Source of the DNA: Phyllosticta citribraziliensis
Taxonomy: Eukaryota
Reading direction: 5' to 3'
Assembly (NCBI RefSeq): GCF_038025025.1
Contig: NW_027117350.1
Coordinates: forward strand, 558,001-622,000
DNA length: 64,000 nt
In this document: piece after piece, positions 1 to 16,392 of the stretch
Layout: the number at the start of each line of letters is the position of its first letter
Numbering within the stretch: position 1 is the first letter of the stretch
The notes under the pieces: generated by a model
The model's database searches: none
The model's input: only the letters and a program-made list of their open reading frames with translations
Told to the model about the DNA's origin: nothing
Position numbers and translations under genes: made by a program

Positions 1-640
1 CGGGTCAGCGAGATCTGGTGACGGCAGTTTGCATGTTGCGACTTTCCACCACGTCTAGTTTGGGCCATCGGGACCCTTGGGGAGCGTACGAGCTGTCGCA
101 AGTAACACGGACGACCGTGGCCCGCCGTGATTGGACGCCGACGAGGTAATTTCATACCACTTGGAATGGTGAGTCCGGATGGCTGCAGGGCAGTGTCGGG
201 AAAGAGAAAGGCCTCAAGTGTCGTTGCCAGAGGCATGACCGATCAAGCGGAACCGCGCGGGCGAAGGAATCAGTGCGACTGTTGAGACCCGGGACTTGTG
301 GCCCAAGCAAGGACGGACATGGGGGAATGAAATGAAGGCGACGTGAACCGGGATATGTGGAAAAGACAAACGACGACTTTGAAGCAAGGCAAAGAAGCAG
401 TGAGTGGTGTTGAACACGGGCTTGACCGCATGTTGATGGAGCCGAGTAGAGTGCCCGCCCGCGCAAGGAGCAACGAACGAACGGTGGACCAGACCTGACG
501 GACCCTGGCGGACCGGACGTCATCCGCTCACAGCACACGCGGGGCAGCTGCACCACCGACACCGCCCACCAAACTTCTCCCCCTCTACCACCAGAAACCT
601 ATCCAACCACCAGACAAGACCCCCAGCGCCCCTGTCCATC

Positions 641-1620
641 ATGTCTGCCGCCGACGCAAAGATCATCAAGGAGGAGCCTCTTGTACGTGCACCACCACCA
701 CGCCGACCCACGGACCGAGGAAAGAGAATCATGACCACCAGACCACAACGCTGATTCGGCACAGGATCCCCGGGAAGCGCGCTGGACGCGCCTCGTCAAG
801 TAAGCTCCTTCTCACCGCCTGCTCTGCCTCTCTCCAGTACTTTGCTACCTCACACATTGCCGGCTGGAAAACGAGACAGCGCCCACCGCCATTCCGCCTC
901 TCTCCCCGAATACTGCTCGAAACACGCCCTCGTCCACTCCACCTCGCCTCCACTCCATCCGCTCACCTCGCCCCGCCTCGCCGCTAACCGCATCCTCTCT
1001 GCCCCAGAACAACCTACACCGACCCTCTGAACCAAACCCGCGATTGGGAGTCCGCACAGCGTACAACACGTCCAGAGGGCGCCGCCATCGACGGCGTCGG
1101 CATCCTCGCCTTCCTCGTAGACCCCAAGTCGCCAACGGCGCCGCCGCGACTGCTCATGCAAAAGCAGTTCCGCCCGCCCGTCGCCAAGGTCTGCATCGAG
1201 GTGCCGGCCGGCCTCATCGACGCGGGCGAGAGCGCCGAGACGTGCGCCCTGCGCGAGCTGCGCGAAGAGACGGGCTACATAGGCCGCGCCATTGCGTCGC
1301 CCGGCTCGTCTGCCCACGCCACCGTCTCGCCCATCATGTACAACGATCCGGGCTTCTGCAACTGCAATCTGCAAATGGTGCACGTCGAGATTGACGTCAC
1401 GGCCCCCGAGAATGCCGATGGCGTCAGGCAAACGCAGCTCGAGGAGAATGAATTCATCGAGTGCTTTAGCGTCGAGTTGGGCAACCTATACGCCGAGTGT
1501 GTGCGCTTGGAGAAGGAGGGCTATGCCATTGATGCCAGGGTGGGTACGCTGGCTGAGGGCATCGAGGCTGCCAAGAAATGGGCTGGTGTCCTCAACACGA
1601 GCGAGCCCTTTTCGGCTTAG
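641..1620 (+). CDS. YSA1: ADP-ribose pyrophosphatase (Nudix hydrolase), 3 exons: 641-682, 765-799, 1008-1620
   Basis: Nudix box GLIDAGESAETCALRELREETGY; QFRPP and DARVG motifs. GT-AG introns with CTGAT/CTAAC branch points restore MSAADAKIIKEEPL-DPREARWTRLVK-TTYTDP. Confidence 0.9.
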
Positions 1621-2081
1621 AGGTAGGTGAGAAGAGATGGAGACGACGGGAGCTTGGTGCTTGTTTGACGTCTGTCAAGAGGATAGGTTTGGCAGCTAAC
1701 CACTCTCGCGCCATCCCATATTGCTTTCACGATTGTGACAGGATGAGACAGAACTCGTCCTGTTCGGGCACACGTCCATAGACACACATGGACCATTAGA
1801 TCCAAGACCTAGACTTTCAATTCATATCATCAAGAACCCATTCAGTTTCCTGCCAATGGTAGTGCTCCCCCTGTTCGCCCGTCCCATCCTCAACGCCAAA
1901 AGAAAGCCCCGCAAAAGCGAAAGGTTTACATCCGCCTGGTGAGATGTAGCCGTGTCCCAACCGTCCCCCCATCTTTTTTTAATTTAATGTCATCACTCAG
2001 GGCAGCCAAATTCATCCTGTGCCAAAAACGAAGCTCTCCCCTGTCCGAAATGATTCACTCGCGTGGATTTCGTAGAAACTC

Positions 2082-4139
<2,058 letters not shown>

Positions 4140-4869
4140 GATGATTGTCTCGAGGTTATTGTGCCTTTTCCTGGCTCTTGCCAGGGGGAAGGAAGAAAAG
4201 AGCAAGATGGAGCCGGCCGCGAGAAAAAATATTGGGTGGGGCCAGTCGGCTAGGGCTGAGGTCGCGGGAGGCGAGAGAGCCGGTCCAAACTCTAACCACC
4301 TCACCAAACGCGTCCCTTTGCAGTCCGCCAACGCGCATCAATATGCCGCTGTTGACATGTTCTAGCGCGACGCGGAATTGAAGCGTCTAGCCGTCCAACA
4401 TGTCTTGGCGTGTCTTGAGCTGCAGCAGTTCGCGTCGAGCAGTTCGCGTCGTCGCTTGCCGCTCTTGATCACAACAGTCGATGCAGGTCAACGTAGCAGT
4501 ATATCAAGTCGATTCTCTCGCCCATCTCTTCGTACAAGACTATCCGTCACTATTACCGCATTCCTCCATAAATTCATGCACGTGCCGGTCGTCAAGTCCC
4601 CTTCCATAAGTCGTAGACAAAATTTCTCATCAGAAGATTCAAAGAATGCTCCCGCCGCCGTACACGGTCGGCAAAATGCTGCTGCATAACTTGCCTGACG
4701 ACCTTCCGAGAAACTCAAAACACTAAGGCGATTCTCTTCAAACAGACGTCGCTTCAAAAGAGGGCCAACGAAGTGGGTATGCCATGCCAGCTTTAAAATG
4801 AACCCATAATGCTCGTGATTCAGACAGACCGTAATTTTGCCACGGGCAATCCGTGATTCAATCAAAATT

Positions 4870-6410
4870 CTACTCTCGACGCCTCTTTCGTCCTGCATTG
4901 GATTCGTCGTCGTCTTGCTCTTCCTCGCTTATGTTGCTGACTCGCCGTCGTGCCAGCGCCTTCTCGTTTCCTTTTTTGACTTGAATGTTGCACCCTTGAA
5001 GCTTCAAGGCCCGTGTAAGCGCACTGCTCGGGCGCATGCCTGGGAAATCTTTCGCAGTGTAGACGTGGAATACGTCGCTCAGTACTTCGGTCAGAATAGG
5101 CATGAGCCCCCCGACGTGGAGATTCATTGGATCGATGCGCATGAGGACAAAACGTAAGCGATATCGCCCGTGGGTTCGACAAGAAAGATCTGGGAAACAA
5201 AAGAAGCATCCCTCGACATCGTGCTCGTCCTTGGCCACCGAGGGTGATGCAACAAGCTGTCCCATGAGCCGCCTAGTTGTCCGTCGGTCAGGCTGAACAA
5301 GAGCCGTCTCCTCGCTCGTACCGTCGGCATTCCAGAGGGTGCAGTGGACCACGTTGAGTGAGTACCGCAGCTCGTCTGGATCCGACTGCCCAGTTTTTGG
5401 ATCTGTCACCAGGAGCTGGATAATAGGAGGGGGGTCGATGACTCGTCGATCGCGTTCGCCAAAGCCACAGGCTCGTGCTGCGACAGGCTGTTGCCTCACG
5501 ATGAGTTTATACTCGTATTGACTGCAGGTTCCGTTAGCAACATTGGCCAGGCCAACAGATGAGACGAAACTTGCATCTTATCTGGTGGTGGCCCGCGGTA
5601 GGGTGTGCTGGGCGAGATTCCTGGACCAGGATTTGCAATGGCGTTGGGAGGTGGCGGCGGTGGCTGTCTTTGGACTGGGACTGGAGCAGCTGGTTCAGGG
5701 TATGAAACTGGAGGACCGTAGGATGGTGGACCTGGGCTGCGATGTGAATCTATCGAAGTACGGTAGGACGTGCTGCCAGAAGAGTAGCTGGAGGTGTAGC
5801 TAGGTGATGGAAGCGCTTGGTACTGTTGGTGTTGCCTCGGGGGTGGAGGCAAAGGGTTGGCCGGTGGAAGATATGACGGCTCTGGATGAGCACGCCTGAC
5901 GGGCTCCGGCGGGTAACGGCCTATTGGATCCCTTGGGTCCCTTGGGTCCCTTGGGAGCGGCTTGCTATCCAGAATGGTCCTCGGCGAAGGTTGGCGTCCA
6001 TACTGATGGTGCACGTGGTGCTGGTGGGTTGGTTGGTGACGAGGTGGAGAGAAGGGAGGGTCCGAGCGAGGCGGGGAATAAGGGTTGGAGAGAAGCAACT
6101 TTTCGACCGGAGCTGCAGAGCGAGTCTGTGTCCGTGGCTCTGGCCTGGCGGCCGTGGTCGTGGGCAGCGAGTGGATAGAAGGCAGCGAACGTTGAGAGGG
6201 AGAGAGGAATGGAGGAATGTCTGGCCGGCCAGGGTCTCTCGGAATAGAGAGCGGAGGAAGCTGGACAGGCTGGGGCAGACGGCGATAGGGATCGCCAAAG
6301 TGCGGCGGCGGCGGGAAATGTGGGAGGTTTTGAGTCTCGGTCATGGCCATGGTAGAGTCGTCGGACGAGTTGGGAGGATGTAGCGGCGGCGGTGCTGGAG
6401 GTCGGGACAT
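4870..6410 (-). CDS. velC: Velvet-domain protein, VelC-like (Pro-rich N-terminus, C-terminal velvet domain); one intron ~5522-5574
   Basis: RQQPVAARACGFGERDRRVIDPPPIIQL, FCFPDLSCRTHGRYRLRF and VYTAKDFPGM are velvet-domain motifs. A C-terminal velvet domain after a long Pro-rich region fits VelC. The start codon is uncertain. Confidence 0.8.
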
Positions 6411-7316
6411 ACGTGTGTTAATAGGAGTCGGCAGCAGCAGGCGATGCACGAAGCCGCATTGGGAGCTCCGCGTCGCAACAGCTGGGACGACGGCGAGCGC
6501 AGACCAAATGCCAGAGTCGGTGAGGTCGAAACAATCGTCCAGCGCGAGGGCCCAGCGTGGCGGATACGGAGGTTAAAAAGGCACGAACGGGCCGCGGTGT
6601 CAAGGTTGTCTCTGGATCGACATGGGCAGCGAGCGAGTCGACGCCCCTTGAGCAGCGATTCAGGATCAGTGGTAGCTTCGGCTATCCGCTACGCTCACTT
6701 TGTTCCAGGGATGCCAAAGCCTCACGCCAGACATTTGCGACAACCTGGTAGAGCGAGTGACCGGCTGTGGCACCGGTTGCCGTGATGGCCACTGCAGGGC
6801 CGGGGCAGGCGAGAGGCGGAGGGGGCTTGGGCGGCGGCGGCGGCGTCGGCGGATGTTGTAGGTAGTAGAGTGCGTTGTGTGAGAGGGTGGAGAGTCGAGG
6901 GTGGTGGGCGGTGGGGGGTGGGTGGACGGACGGGATTGGGATGGGATGGCTTGCCTGGCGTTCCGGCGGCAGGCCAGGATTTTTAACTCGGTTTATGCTG
7001 CTTCTGCTGCTCTGGGTTCTGAGCAGCTCCAGCACAGAGTCGGTGCTGCTTGGTACAGCCAGGCCAGGACGGGTGCCGGGGGTGCGTCAAACTTGGGGGC
7101 ACCGCCCGGGCAGCAGAGAGCTGGGACTGGGGGGCGCACTACTCGCACCTTACAGAAGCACACGCTGCTGGGCCTGTGGGCCTGTGGCCTGTCCCGCCGG
7201 CCGGGAGAGAGGGCGCAAGGAGCCGGCGTTTCTCTTCCATTAAGACCTGTCATGCAGGTGCAGAAGCGCATTTTCGTCGCGCATCATCGAACACCGCCTG
7301 CGCTGGGGTCCTGTCC

Positions 7317-7338
7317 TTTTTTTTTTTTTTTTTTTTTT
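7317..7338. repeat. Poly(dT) tract of about 22 nt upstream of velC
   Basis: Homopolymer run in intergenic DNA. Confidence 0.85.
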
Positions 7339-10300
7339 GTTCGTCCCTCTCGCCCTCGGGCAGGCACTGGGCGGTGTTTCGGATCGACAGGCGCTGCATG
7401 TGTCACGTCCAATTGATCTGGCATGCAACTCGGCTGCGATGGTGGTGGTGGTGGTCGTCGACGTGTGGTGTCGCTGTCGGTGGCAGAGAGGCTGCCAGCA
7501 CACACACAAGACCGACCGAGAGACGAGACGAGACATGCGAGGGATGATGGAATGGTCAACAAGTGTGCGACTGGCAACCAGGAATCGCTGCATCTGTCAA
7601 CGGGCCCCCTTAGCTGCCGTTGATGGGTTGATTCCCTCGGCGTCAACGGCCACACCAGATGCTTTGAGCAACGCCCGCATCACACCCATGTCCTGGGAGC
7701 TGTGGTGTCGCCCTCGGCACCCGCTCCCAAGCCTTATATAAGGCGGCCCACCGAAGCGCGCATGAAAACACTGGCGGTCTGCTGTTTGCTGCCGCCATGT
7801 CTCGAACCTGATGAGTCGCCATGTCGTGCGCGACCCGTGCGCGGAAGCCCGCCTTGTGGGGGAAAAGTTGGGGATGGTGATGCAGCTCGTCTCGCTTTAT
7901 GCCCGCCGTCGACGATTCTCCCTCGTCCCGGATGCGGCGAGGGCGCCACGACTGGAATGAAGCTCTCGATAGCGTTTGTGTGACGCGGGCGGGTGTGGCG
8001 GTGGAGCTTTGATGCATGCGTTTGCTCGTTTCGCTTGCGTCCAGAGGCCCGGCGACGATCAACGCCTTTGCCGCAACACTTGACGACGACTCGACGAGTC
8101 TGTCATGTGAGGATCCCTCCCTTGATCATCTCCGTGATCCCTGACCCGGGAGAAGCTGCAAGCCCAAGACGTGAACCGGGGACCAGCCGACAGTAACAGG
8201 AAGCTTCTCCGCTTGCGTATTCCGATGTCCCTGGCTTCAATAGACGGCGCGTCGACATGTTGACCTCGATCGGGCCGGATCAGGGCGGCTCCAAGGATGG
8301 GCGTCGACTCTCTGGCTGTGATGTGATGCGGGGACGTCAGGTCAACAGGTCGGGTTTGGTTTGGCTTGGTGGAGGTGCGGGACGTGGCGAGGCGTTCGGG
8401 CCATGTCGACCTTAGCGTGAGCTTATTGTCATGAATCACCCACATCCCATCCGACCAAAACCAGGAACCAGGCTTGACACCCCATGGATGGCATCTTCCG
8501 CGACATGGTCCTCCTCCGACTGCCGACCACCTTGTTCAGAGAGCCGCATGAGTGGAGAGACGTCCACACCGACAAGTCACCGCCCGTCCAATCACTCGAC
8601 CATTTCCTAACCGCTGCCCGGCAGGGACATGCTGACATCAGCGCCATGAGACACTTGGCATCCCGTCCACCATGTGCGTTTGGGTGCTTAATCATTTTGC
8701 TCTTTGCGCTTGATTAAAAGCTAATGTGACTGCTCTTCCAGAACTGGCATTCGAGAACGCCCTCGGTCCCACACGAACGTGAGCCAACACTCTTTAGTTC
8801 CCTCGCATGACATCTCTTCGCAAAGTCAATATTGCACATGTCGAGTCCCGTTCGCGATTCGGCACGGTCCCCTTCAGCCATCATCGGATATAAAGCCCTT
8901 GAATGTGTCCGCTTCATCGAAACAGTAATCAGTGACACCTCGAGAACGAGTCAATCACTGAAACGGCAGATCCAATACATGAGAGATTTTTCATCTCAGG
9001 CCGTCACGGATGGTACCATCTTGAATGCCAAAACTGGCATTTCCAGAATCAACTTTGGATCTGGCTTGGCTATGGCCGTGGAGCATGGTGTCGGCAATCG
9101 GTAACTGTAAACCGATGCCTGGAAGTGCCTTGGGAAGCCATGTTGCGCATCCTTGGGTTATATTTGTCTCGTTCGTTCGCGAAGACACCGTCGTGACTCG
9201 AGTCGATCACTCTTGCTTCAGATCTCCCGATCCCTGACACCTGGTTTTCGCGGCCAGTTCCGGCCGCTCTCTGGGTGCAACTAGCTACAAACCCTGGCCA
9301 CGACGACTCGACGACCAGCGGTGATTCGAGCGCGCTGTTTGGCTGGAGATGTCGGGAATGACCGTAGGATCAGCATGCCGCTGCTCCGATTCCCGGGTTC
9401 TTGTCAACCCATTTTTTGGTTGAGCACACCTCGCTGCCTCGTCTGCATCTCGATTGTGGCATGGCTAACCGAACAAACGCCAAGCTCTCCATTCTCTCCT
9501 GAATGTGTTTGTTGCGCAATATTTCTGAATTTTTCATATTCCGCGCTTCTTGAATATTGATATCGAGCATAATTCATTTACTTGACAAACTGACCCCGCC
9601 TGCCCATAAATCGACGAATCAACTTGTCCCGTTGCCAAACAAAATCCAAAAAAGCGCAATGACGCTCCTTGCAAGGCAGGAAATCGCGGATCGGGAGCAG
9701 CACGTCAACTACCATGACGCGGGAGCGCGGGCAACAACCAAACGTCGGCCAAGCAAAAAGAAAAACTTTGTCGAGTTCCCGTCCGTCGTCGACGACGCAA
9801 TTCGGCCCAACGTACCGTCTTTCCGCCCAGGTTCTCCGTCGGGGTTGCGGGCTCGATCAACCCAAACAATTGCTGCCGATCCAATATATTAGATCTTTGG
9901 CACTGGCTTTGCGAATTTTACCCGCGCCTGCTGCTGTGGTGGGGGCTCCGTCAGGTCGGCATTTTTGGAAGACGTTGTCCGATAAACTGGACTTGGCCTT
10001 CAATTTGAGGCCCTCGATGCTGGCCGATTGCGACGAGAGTCAAAAAAAGGCTCGAGGGAGAAGGATCCGCAACTAAGAATCATGCGCAGAAAAGATCGAC
10101 ATCCCCTTCGTAGGTTCCTGGAGGTCGGTTACTCTGTCTCAAAACTCTGACTACATCTTTGATGCCCTTTTCGAATGCCGATTCAAATCCCGCTGTTGAC
10201 GCTTCAGAGATTTGCAATTGCTTACCGAACTTGATGTCATGGTAACTGGAGAGGGGATTGTATTGTGGTGTCAATCACGATCCTTCGATGTGTTCGCTTG

Positions 10301-12250
10301 TGCGCACACTTACTTTCTACCGCACCTACTGACTATCCCCTCAAACCAACCTCATGTCGGTATCTTGTTTTGCAGTCCGGAACCGTTCCTCCATCAACTC
10401 GATCTCCGTTCTCGTACAGACTTATTCATTGCCTTATGCAAAGATGGTCAAGTTCTCTGGTCAAGTTCTCCACCAATCTTTGAGACGCGGCTACGAGCGC
10501 CGGGGTAAAATACGAAGTATCCTGCCAATATCATCCTGAGATCTACTGTGCGGAGCAGCATGAGACGAGCTCTTGCAATACGACCGTGTTCATGAATAGC
10601 AACGCAGTTTAGGCGCCTCCAACCTCGTGTGCAAAAGGTGATGCAGAAGCAGACAGCCGATTCACTATTGTCTAACGAAAGAAAAGTGATGACATTGCAG
10701 GTGTGAAAGAGATGACTCTCTAGATCCGACCGATGCTCCATGAATCAAAACAGCATACTGGGAATGTTAAGCACCCCAAAGACTTGACCCCAGCGCATTC
10801 TCTTCCGCCTTTACCAACGGTTGGTGATCCGCTCTGTGATATCAAGATCTGGGTCTACCGACGGCACACGGCGCCAAATTCCTCTTTGTTCTATGTGAGC
10901 ACAAGGACCCGATTTCTCCTCTGCTCCCTCACCTGGTCTATCTCGTCGACGCACTCGCCAAATGCAGATACTGACTACACGCACCTCCGCTCTCACAAGC
11001 GGCACAGCACAAGACCAAGACAATGGAATGACCAAAGTGCCAAGTTCCATAGCTTGTCCATGACCGAGGAGCCAACCTTGCTTACGAGGCCGAAGTCGGC
11101 GGGCTCTCCAAGCTTTCGTTCTCCTCTCGCCTCCTCTTTTCCTCTTTTCCTCTTTTCATCTGGCTCCCTCATTCTCCCGGGGCTGAGGACAACTTTTGGG
11201 GGTCGATTCGGATTCTGTCGGGACCACGCAACCGCGCGCTTGCGCGCTTATCGGAAAGGAAGAGCGGATCCGCCTTTTTCATCTGCCACTATGCTGTCCA
11301 GTGACGGCAGAAACCGGGGAGAGCCCCACAATTGTAGCAAAAGTCCACACCTCCCTAGCTCTTTTCCACCACCGGTTCTAATCAACACCCTCCAAGTTGC
11401 CTTCCTGCTGCTTCTTCGTCCGTTCATCTGCTCGCCCGATCGTCCGCTCAGCTTATCACGAACTGGACTTAATGAAACGACTGAGAGCGTCTTTGCTACT
11501 TTGGCAGCATCGCGCATCTTCTCATCTTTCCGTCGCATCTCTGCTCATAAGTTGGAGAACCGTGCACCAAGCCAATTTACTCACTTCCTCGTTCGTAAAG
11601 CCCAAAACGCACAGTGGCGTGTTGTGATGTCGATCCAGGGGCGTAAGCGGGCGACGTGGTTGACGGTCAGCCAGCCAGTTTGCGCGGACGCTTGCAGCGT
11701 GCATTGGTGGTAGCGGAGAGTTTTGAAAGAAGCAAGCCATCGACGGCCAATCAGAGCGCTCTCACTTGCCTCCTTTCCGAGTTGAACAAACGCCGGGACT
11801 TTTTAGATGTTTTTGGCTTTTGCAAGTGGCCTGGGGCATGTGGGTTCCCCCGCTGTAGGAGGGCGGTTGGGTGCCCCTCGGTAACTTGTGGGAGATGGGC
11901 AAGGGAACTTGTTCTTTGTGCGCTGGCCTGGATGCGATGGGGATGGAAGTCAATGCTGTCGTGCTTGATGAACCGAAATCTGTTGGTTCATGCCAGGAGT
12001 GTGTGCGTGGCTGGGCTGACAAGGAATATGGAAAATGTGACCTGTTGTGGACAGGGAAAGACATCAGCGCTGTTGCATCAATGGACAAACGGCGTTGCAT
12101 CAGTCAAACTATCAAGAGCTACCACGAACCGGGACAAAGCTCCGCAGCTCTGCAAGGTTGGTTGAACAAAGTTTGCGCTTGCCCGTGGACACGCTTGTGA
12201 TTGTGCTCACGCTCGTTTTCTATTCGTCCATGATGCTCTCAGCTCTCCAC

Positions 12251-14426
12251 CTAACCCTCGCCACCTTCAGCGTCCGACTCGCCCGAATCGCCGTTGTACT
12301 CGACTGGTTTGTTCCGCGTCTTTGCCCTGGCAGCGTCTGCCTCCGGGCCTTGGGTGGCTGCAACGCCCTTGGAGCTCAAGTACAGGAAAAAGGGTTCTCT
12401 GTAACCGTCAATGTGGGCGAAGAAAGCATTGAACCTACGTCTGTTAGTACTGAACGTCATTCGGACAGGTCTGCGCTTACTGGTTGCTTTCCTCTTCCTC
12501 GCGAAATATTCTGTCATAAATCTCCCGCTGCTTGAACTCTTGGATTTCCTTTTCCCACTTGGAAAAATCAATCTTCTCGCGACCAAACTTCTCCGCCGCC
12601 TTGGCATTGTACGAATCGAAGACAGGCCTCTCCAGCAAAAGACCGAGGCCTGGGACCTTGGGAATGGCCACTTCGACATTTCCCAGAGACTCATGGATCC
12701 GATCCACGGGGCAGCCGCAGCGTACGACAAGGGCGGCCATTCCAACCATTTTGCGAATCTGATGCATCATGAAACTCTGACCGTGGACCTTGAGACTGAT
12801 CCACTCGGTATTCGCGATGATGATTGGTTTTTCAGCGGTCTTGAAACTCTTGATGTGACGTTTTGCGGAGGCGTCCTTGAATGACTTGCGCACTGTGTAG
12901 TTGTGGTAGTTTCGGGTACCAGTGTAGGCGTCGAGCGCTGCACGTAGGCGTTCTAGGCGTTTCTCGGGAATCCGATATGCTTTTTTCGCTTCCATGTAGA
13001 GACTCTTGACCTTTTTGACTGCACTCTCAATAGCACGCTTCTGGGCCAGTGTCAAGCGGTTGGGGTCCACGGGTGGCAAGTCGTCCTCCGCAGACGGGTT
13101 GGGCTTGTCATCTGCAACCTGTACTTCGTCCTTGGATGTCTCAACAGCCTCATGAGCTACGTCAACATCCATGGACTCAGTAGAGTCTTGCGCTGGTTCT
13201 GCTGCTTCCTTCACACCCTGTCCGTTTATCACAATGGCTGCTTCTTCCGTCTTTTCGTTTGGATCCACGGCAGTGCTCTTTTCGCCGGCAATCTTGACAG
13301 GCTGTCCCATGTCCGCCGCGTCTTCTGCGGCCGCCTCGTTGGTCTTTTCGTTGGGGGCTTCTGGGTCAGTGTCCGATTCCCACAGCGCCTTCTCAACGAG
13401 CTCCCGCACCCACGGCTTCATTTGCTCGAGTGCAGGCTTGATGTACTTTGCATCCACTTCGCTCCAGTAGTTTGCAACCTCTTCTTGCCGAGTCTCATAT
13501 CCCTCCCGGTCACCGACCTCGTCGGCCAACTCGGCCAGCTTCTTTCCCATGAAGCTTTTTGGATGCGGTGGAAGGAAGGAGTAGGTAGGGATCAGATACT
13601 CATACCAACGCGAGTCGACAGCTTGGTATGCGCTGAAGCTTCCCGTGGTCCGCTCAATGCCCCACACTCGAATTTGAGAGGAGAGGTGGCTGTTAATCTT
13701 TTCCACGACATTCCCATCCTCGATAATGAGCTTCAGGGAAATGACGTTTCCAGCGGCATGAACGCCCTTGTCGGTTCTCGCGCAACGAACAAGGCCTGAT
13801 TTCTTGGGGTCATTGGCGTTGGCTTTGGAGATTGCTCCGGCCTTAACGAAGGCAGCGAAGAGATCACCCTCAATCGTCTTTTGGTCGGGCATGCTGGTGC
13901 AATGTCAGTCCAGATTTGAGTAAAGGTCGATCCATCAGACTTACACCTGCATCCCCTTGTAACCGGAACCCGAATATCCCATCATGACCGCGACCTTTCT
14001 CTTTGGTCTCCGCTCCTCTTCGTCGATTTCATCCTTGGAGAATTTGACGGCGTAAACGGGATCATCAGCCTTGCCTTCCGCCTCTAATCTCTGGCGCTTC
14101 GCCTGGGCCTCATCGTTGCGCTGGCGCTTGTCTGGTTGTTCGCGACTTGTCATCAGTTAGTTGCGCGCACGTCGGTGGAGTGATAGAACGTACAAATACT
14201 CTCCTCTACCAATATCCTTTCTCTTATTTCGTTGACCAGATTTGTCAGAGCCCTTTTTCTGCTGCCACTTGCGCTTGTTGCCTCGGGTGCCACCGTCGCG
14301 GTACTGCTGTTTGCCCTCGTCTGCTGGCGTGCTGGCAGAGGGCTCAGCCGGGCCCTGGGAAATTTGGTTCGGGGGTTGAGCATCCATTGGGGCCGAGGGG
14401 CGAGTCTCGCTAGATTCTTGGGCCAT
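12251..14426 (-). CDS. PUS1: tRNA pseudouridine synthase (TruA/Pus1 family), 4 exons
   Basis: KRKVAVMMGYSGSGYKGMQ, catalytic ARTDKGVHA, YTGTRNYHNYT and GQSFMMHQIRKMVG motifs; GT-AG introns join the ORFs. Confidence 0.93.
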
Positions 14427-14714
14427 GGCGAGGCTTTGAAGGACATGGAGACGAAAGTTATGGGCCAGGATTTGGACTGTCGTGAAATTCAGAAACTACG
14501 GCCGGCTAATCGCCGGGATCGCCGTGCAACGTGCGCACGCGCCAACGGGACGAACTTCCCCGGCTTTGTGGATCTCCAGCTCTTCTTCATCACCGTCGCG
14601 ACCTGACTCTTCCCTCGCTCTCAATCTTGCCCCGCCGCCGCCAACTACCTCCTTCGCGCCTTGGCTGACAGATGTTGGGCGCATCTGCCAACTGCGAGCG
14701 CTGATTATCTGGCC

Positions 14715-16047
14715 ATGGAGATTGCCAAGGTCCTCGTCCGAACCGTCGCCCGCGTCTTCTACGACACTGAGCAGATCATTGTCGTCGATGCCCTGGTCAA
14801 CCATGGCGCGTACGTGGAGCCTGCATGCTCCGGGCCACCTGACTAGACGCTTATGCGGATTGCAGGATCTCTGCGGTTGACCTCTCTCTCGTCATGGACG
14901 AAGGCAAAAATCACAAAAAGGTCCAGAAGTACTGCGCGAAGCTGAGAGAAGGAGGCCTCGTCTCTGTGTATGACACCTTGAACTCTGCCATGGAATCCAA
15001 GCTGACATGCGTGGTAGCTACGTTCGCTCGGAAACCCGCGAAGGTGCACAGAAGCCAATTAATCGAGAATATTACTACATCGACTATCGGCGCGCGGTCG
15101 ACTGCATCAAATACCGCATCCACATGCTTGATGAGAAGATCAAGGCCATTTCCAAGCCAACGCAGGAAAAGAAGGATTTCAATTGTCTTCGGTGTGGATC
15201 ACAATGGACAATGATGGAAATCATCGACCATCCTGATCCCTTGGGAAGAGCCAGCGGTTTCCTCTGCAAGCGCTGCGATGCCCCGCTTCAGTCGCGGAAA
15301 CACGATGAAGAGGCCGAGCCCGAGGCAGACGACACGCCGGCCAAGTTCAACAAACAGTTCAAGCCTTTGTTGGACATTCTTCAGCAGATAGATTCCGCAA
15401 CTGTACCGGCGGTTTCTGGCGAGGAAGCCATCGCCAATGCCAAGCCTGTTCCCCGCGACGAGCAAGTCAATCCCGCTCAGAGGACGGAAGTGGTGCAAGA
15501 CGAGAAGCTGCGACCAACTGCCGTCAAGGGTCTACAGACAGGGCCCGACAAGGTTGAGATTACCATTTCTACTGAAGAAGAAAACACGGCAGCGGAGAGG
15601 GCCAAGATTGCGGAGCAGAAGGCGAAAATTGCAGCCTCCAATGAGCTTCCTGTTTGGGCCACGCATTCGACTGTCGCAGGCGAAGCAGCTCCTGTTGGCA
15701 CTAATGGCGCGAATGCCTCGTCAAGTGAGCCGCTGAATGGGAGCGCAGAGACGGAGGAAAAGAAGGCTAGCAACGCCGACTTGGATGCGTACTTTGCCGC
15801 CTTGAAACAAGAACAGGAGAGGGCGGCTCAAAAGGACGACGACGATGATGATGAGGACGACGATGACGATGAATTCGAAGACGTGACCCCGTCCGCTCCA
15901 GCGACTGATGGACAGCCAGATTCGAAGCGGGTAAAGACGGAGGAATCGGTCGCCCCAACACCACTGGTATCGTCGGCCGCTGCAGCATCTTCAGCCCAGC
16001 CTTCGGGCGACGAGTCTGACGCGGATGAATTCGAAGATGCTCTTTAA
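14715..16047 (+). CDS. TFA1: Transcription initiation factor TFIIE alpha subunit, 3 exons
   Basis: MEIAKVLVRTVARVFY N-terminus, REYYYIDYRRAVDCIKYR, zinc ribbon CLRC...CKRC, ELPVWATHSTV and acidic DEFED repeats. Confidence 0.9.
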
Positions 16048-16392
16048 CTGCATGGGATAGAGTCTTGCATTTGCTGGCGCTGGGGAACTGGGAAAATGGA
16101 ATAGACGATACAGCGTGATCAAGCTAGAGTAATTGATGCCAGTTGAGAGCGTCAACCTCTCGTATTTGGCATTTCCTCTGCGCGTGTGATTTGTAGGTCA
16201 TTGCTGTGAATTTAGAGAGCTCCCCGCGACGTGCGCCGACGGGAGCAAGCTTCCCTTGACCCACGACCCGCCGCGTCAATTCTCCGGCGATCAACCGCAG
16301 ACGTACGTCGACTGCGCCGACAACCCCACCGCCCTGTTCTTGCATGGCCTTTTGCTTTCTTGGACCATTGAAGACCCCTCCCACCGTCTAGC

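Noticed and set aside
800..1007. Unusually long YSA1 intron 2 with an internal CAG at ~837 (possible stwintron, recursive splicing or snoRNA host)
   Set aside because: Excising 800-837 does not regenerate a GT donor and leads to a stop codon; no C/D box pair is evident.
10733..11713. 326-aa plus-strand ORF
   Set aside because: S/R/L/P-rich composition with no motifs or codon bias; probably spurious.
14427..14714. Compact 288-bp divergent promoter between PUS1 and TFA1
   Set aside because: Ordinary head-to-head housekeeping arrangement in fungal genomes.
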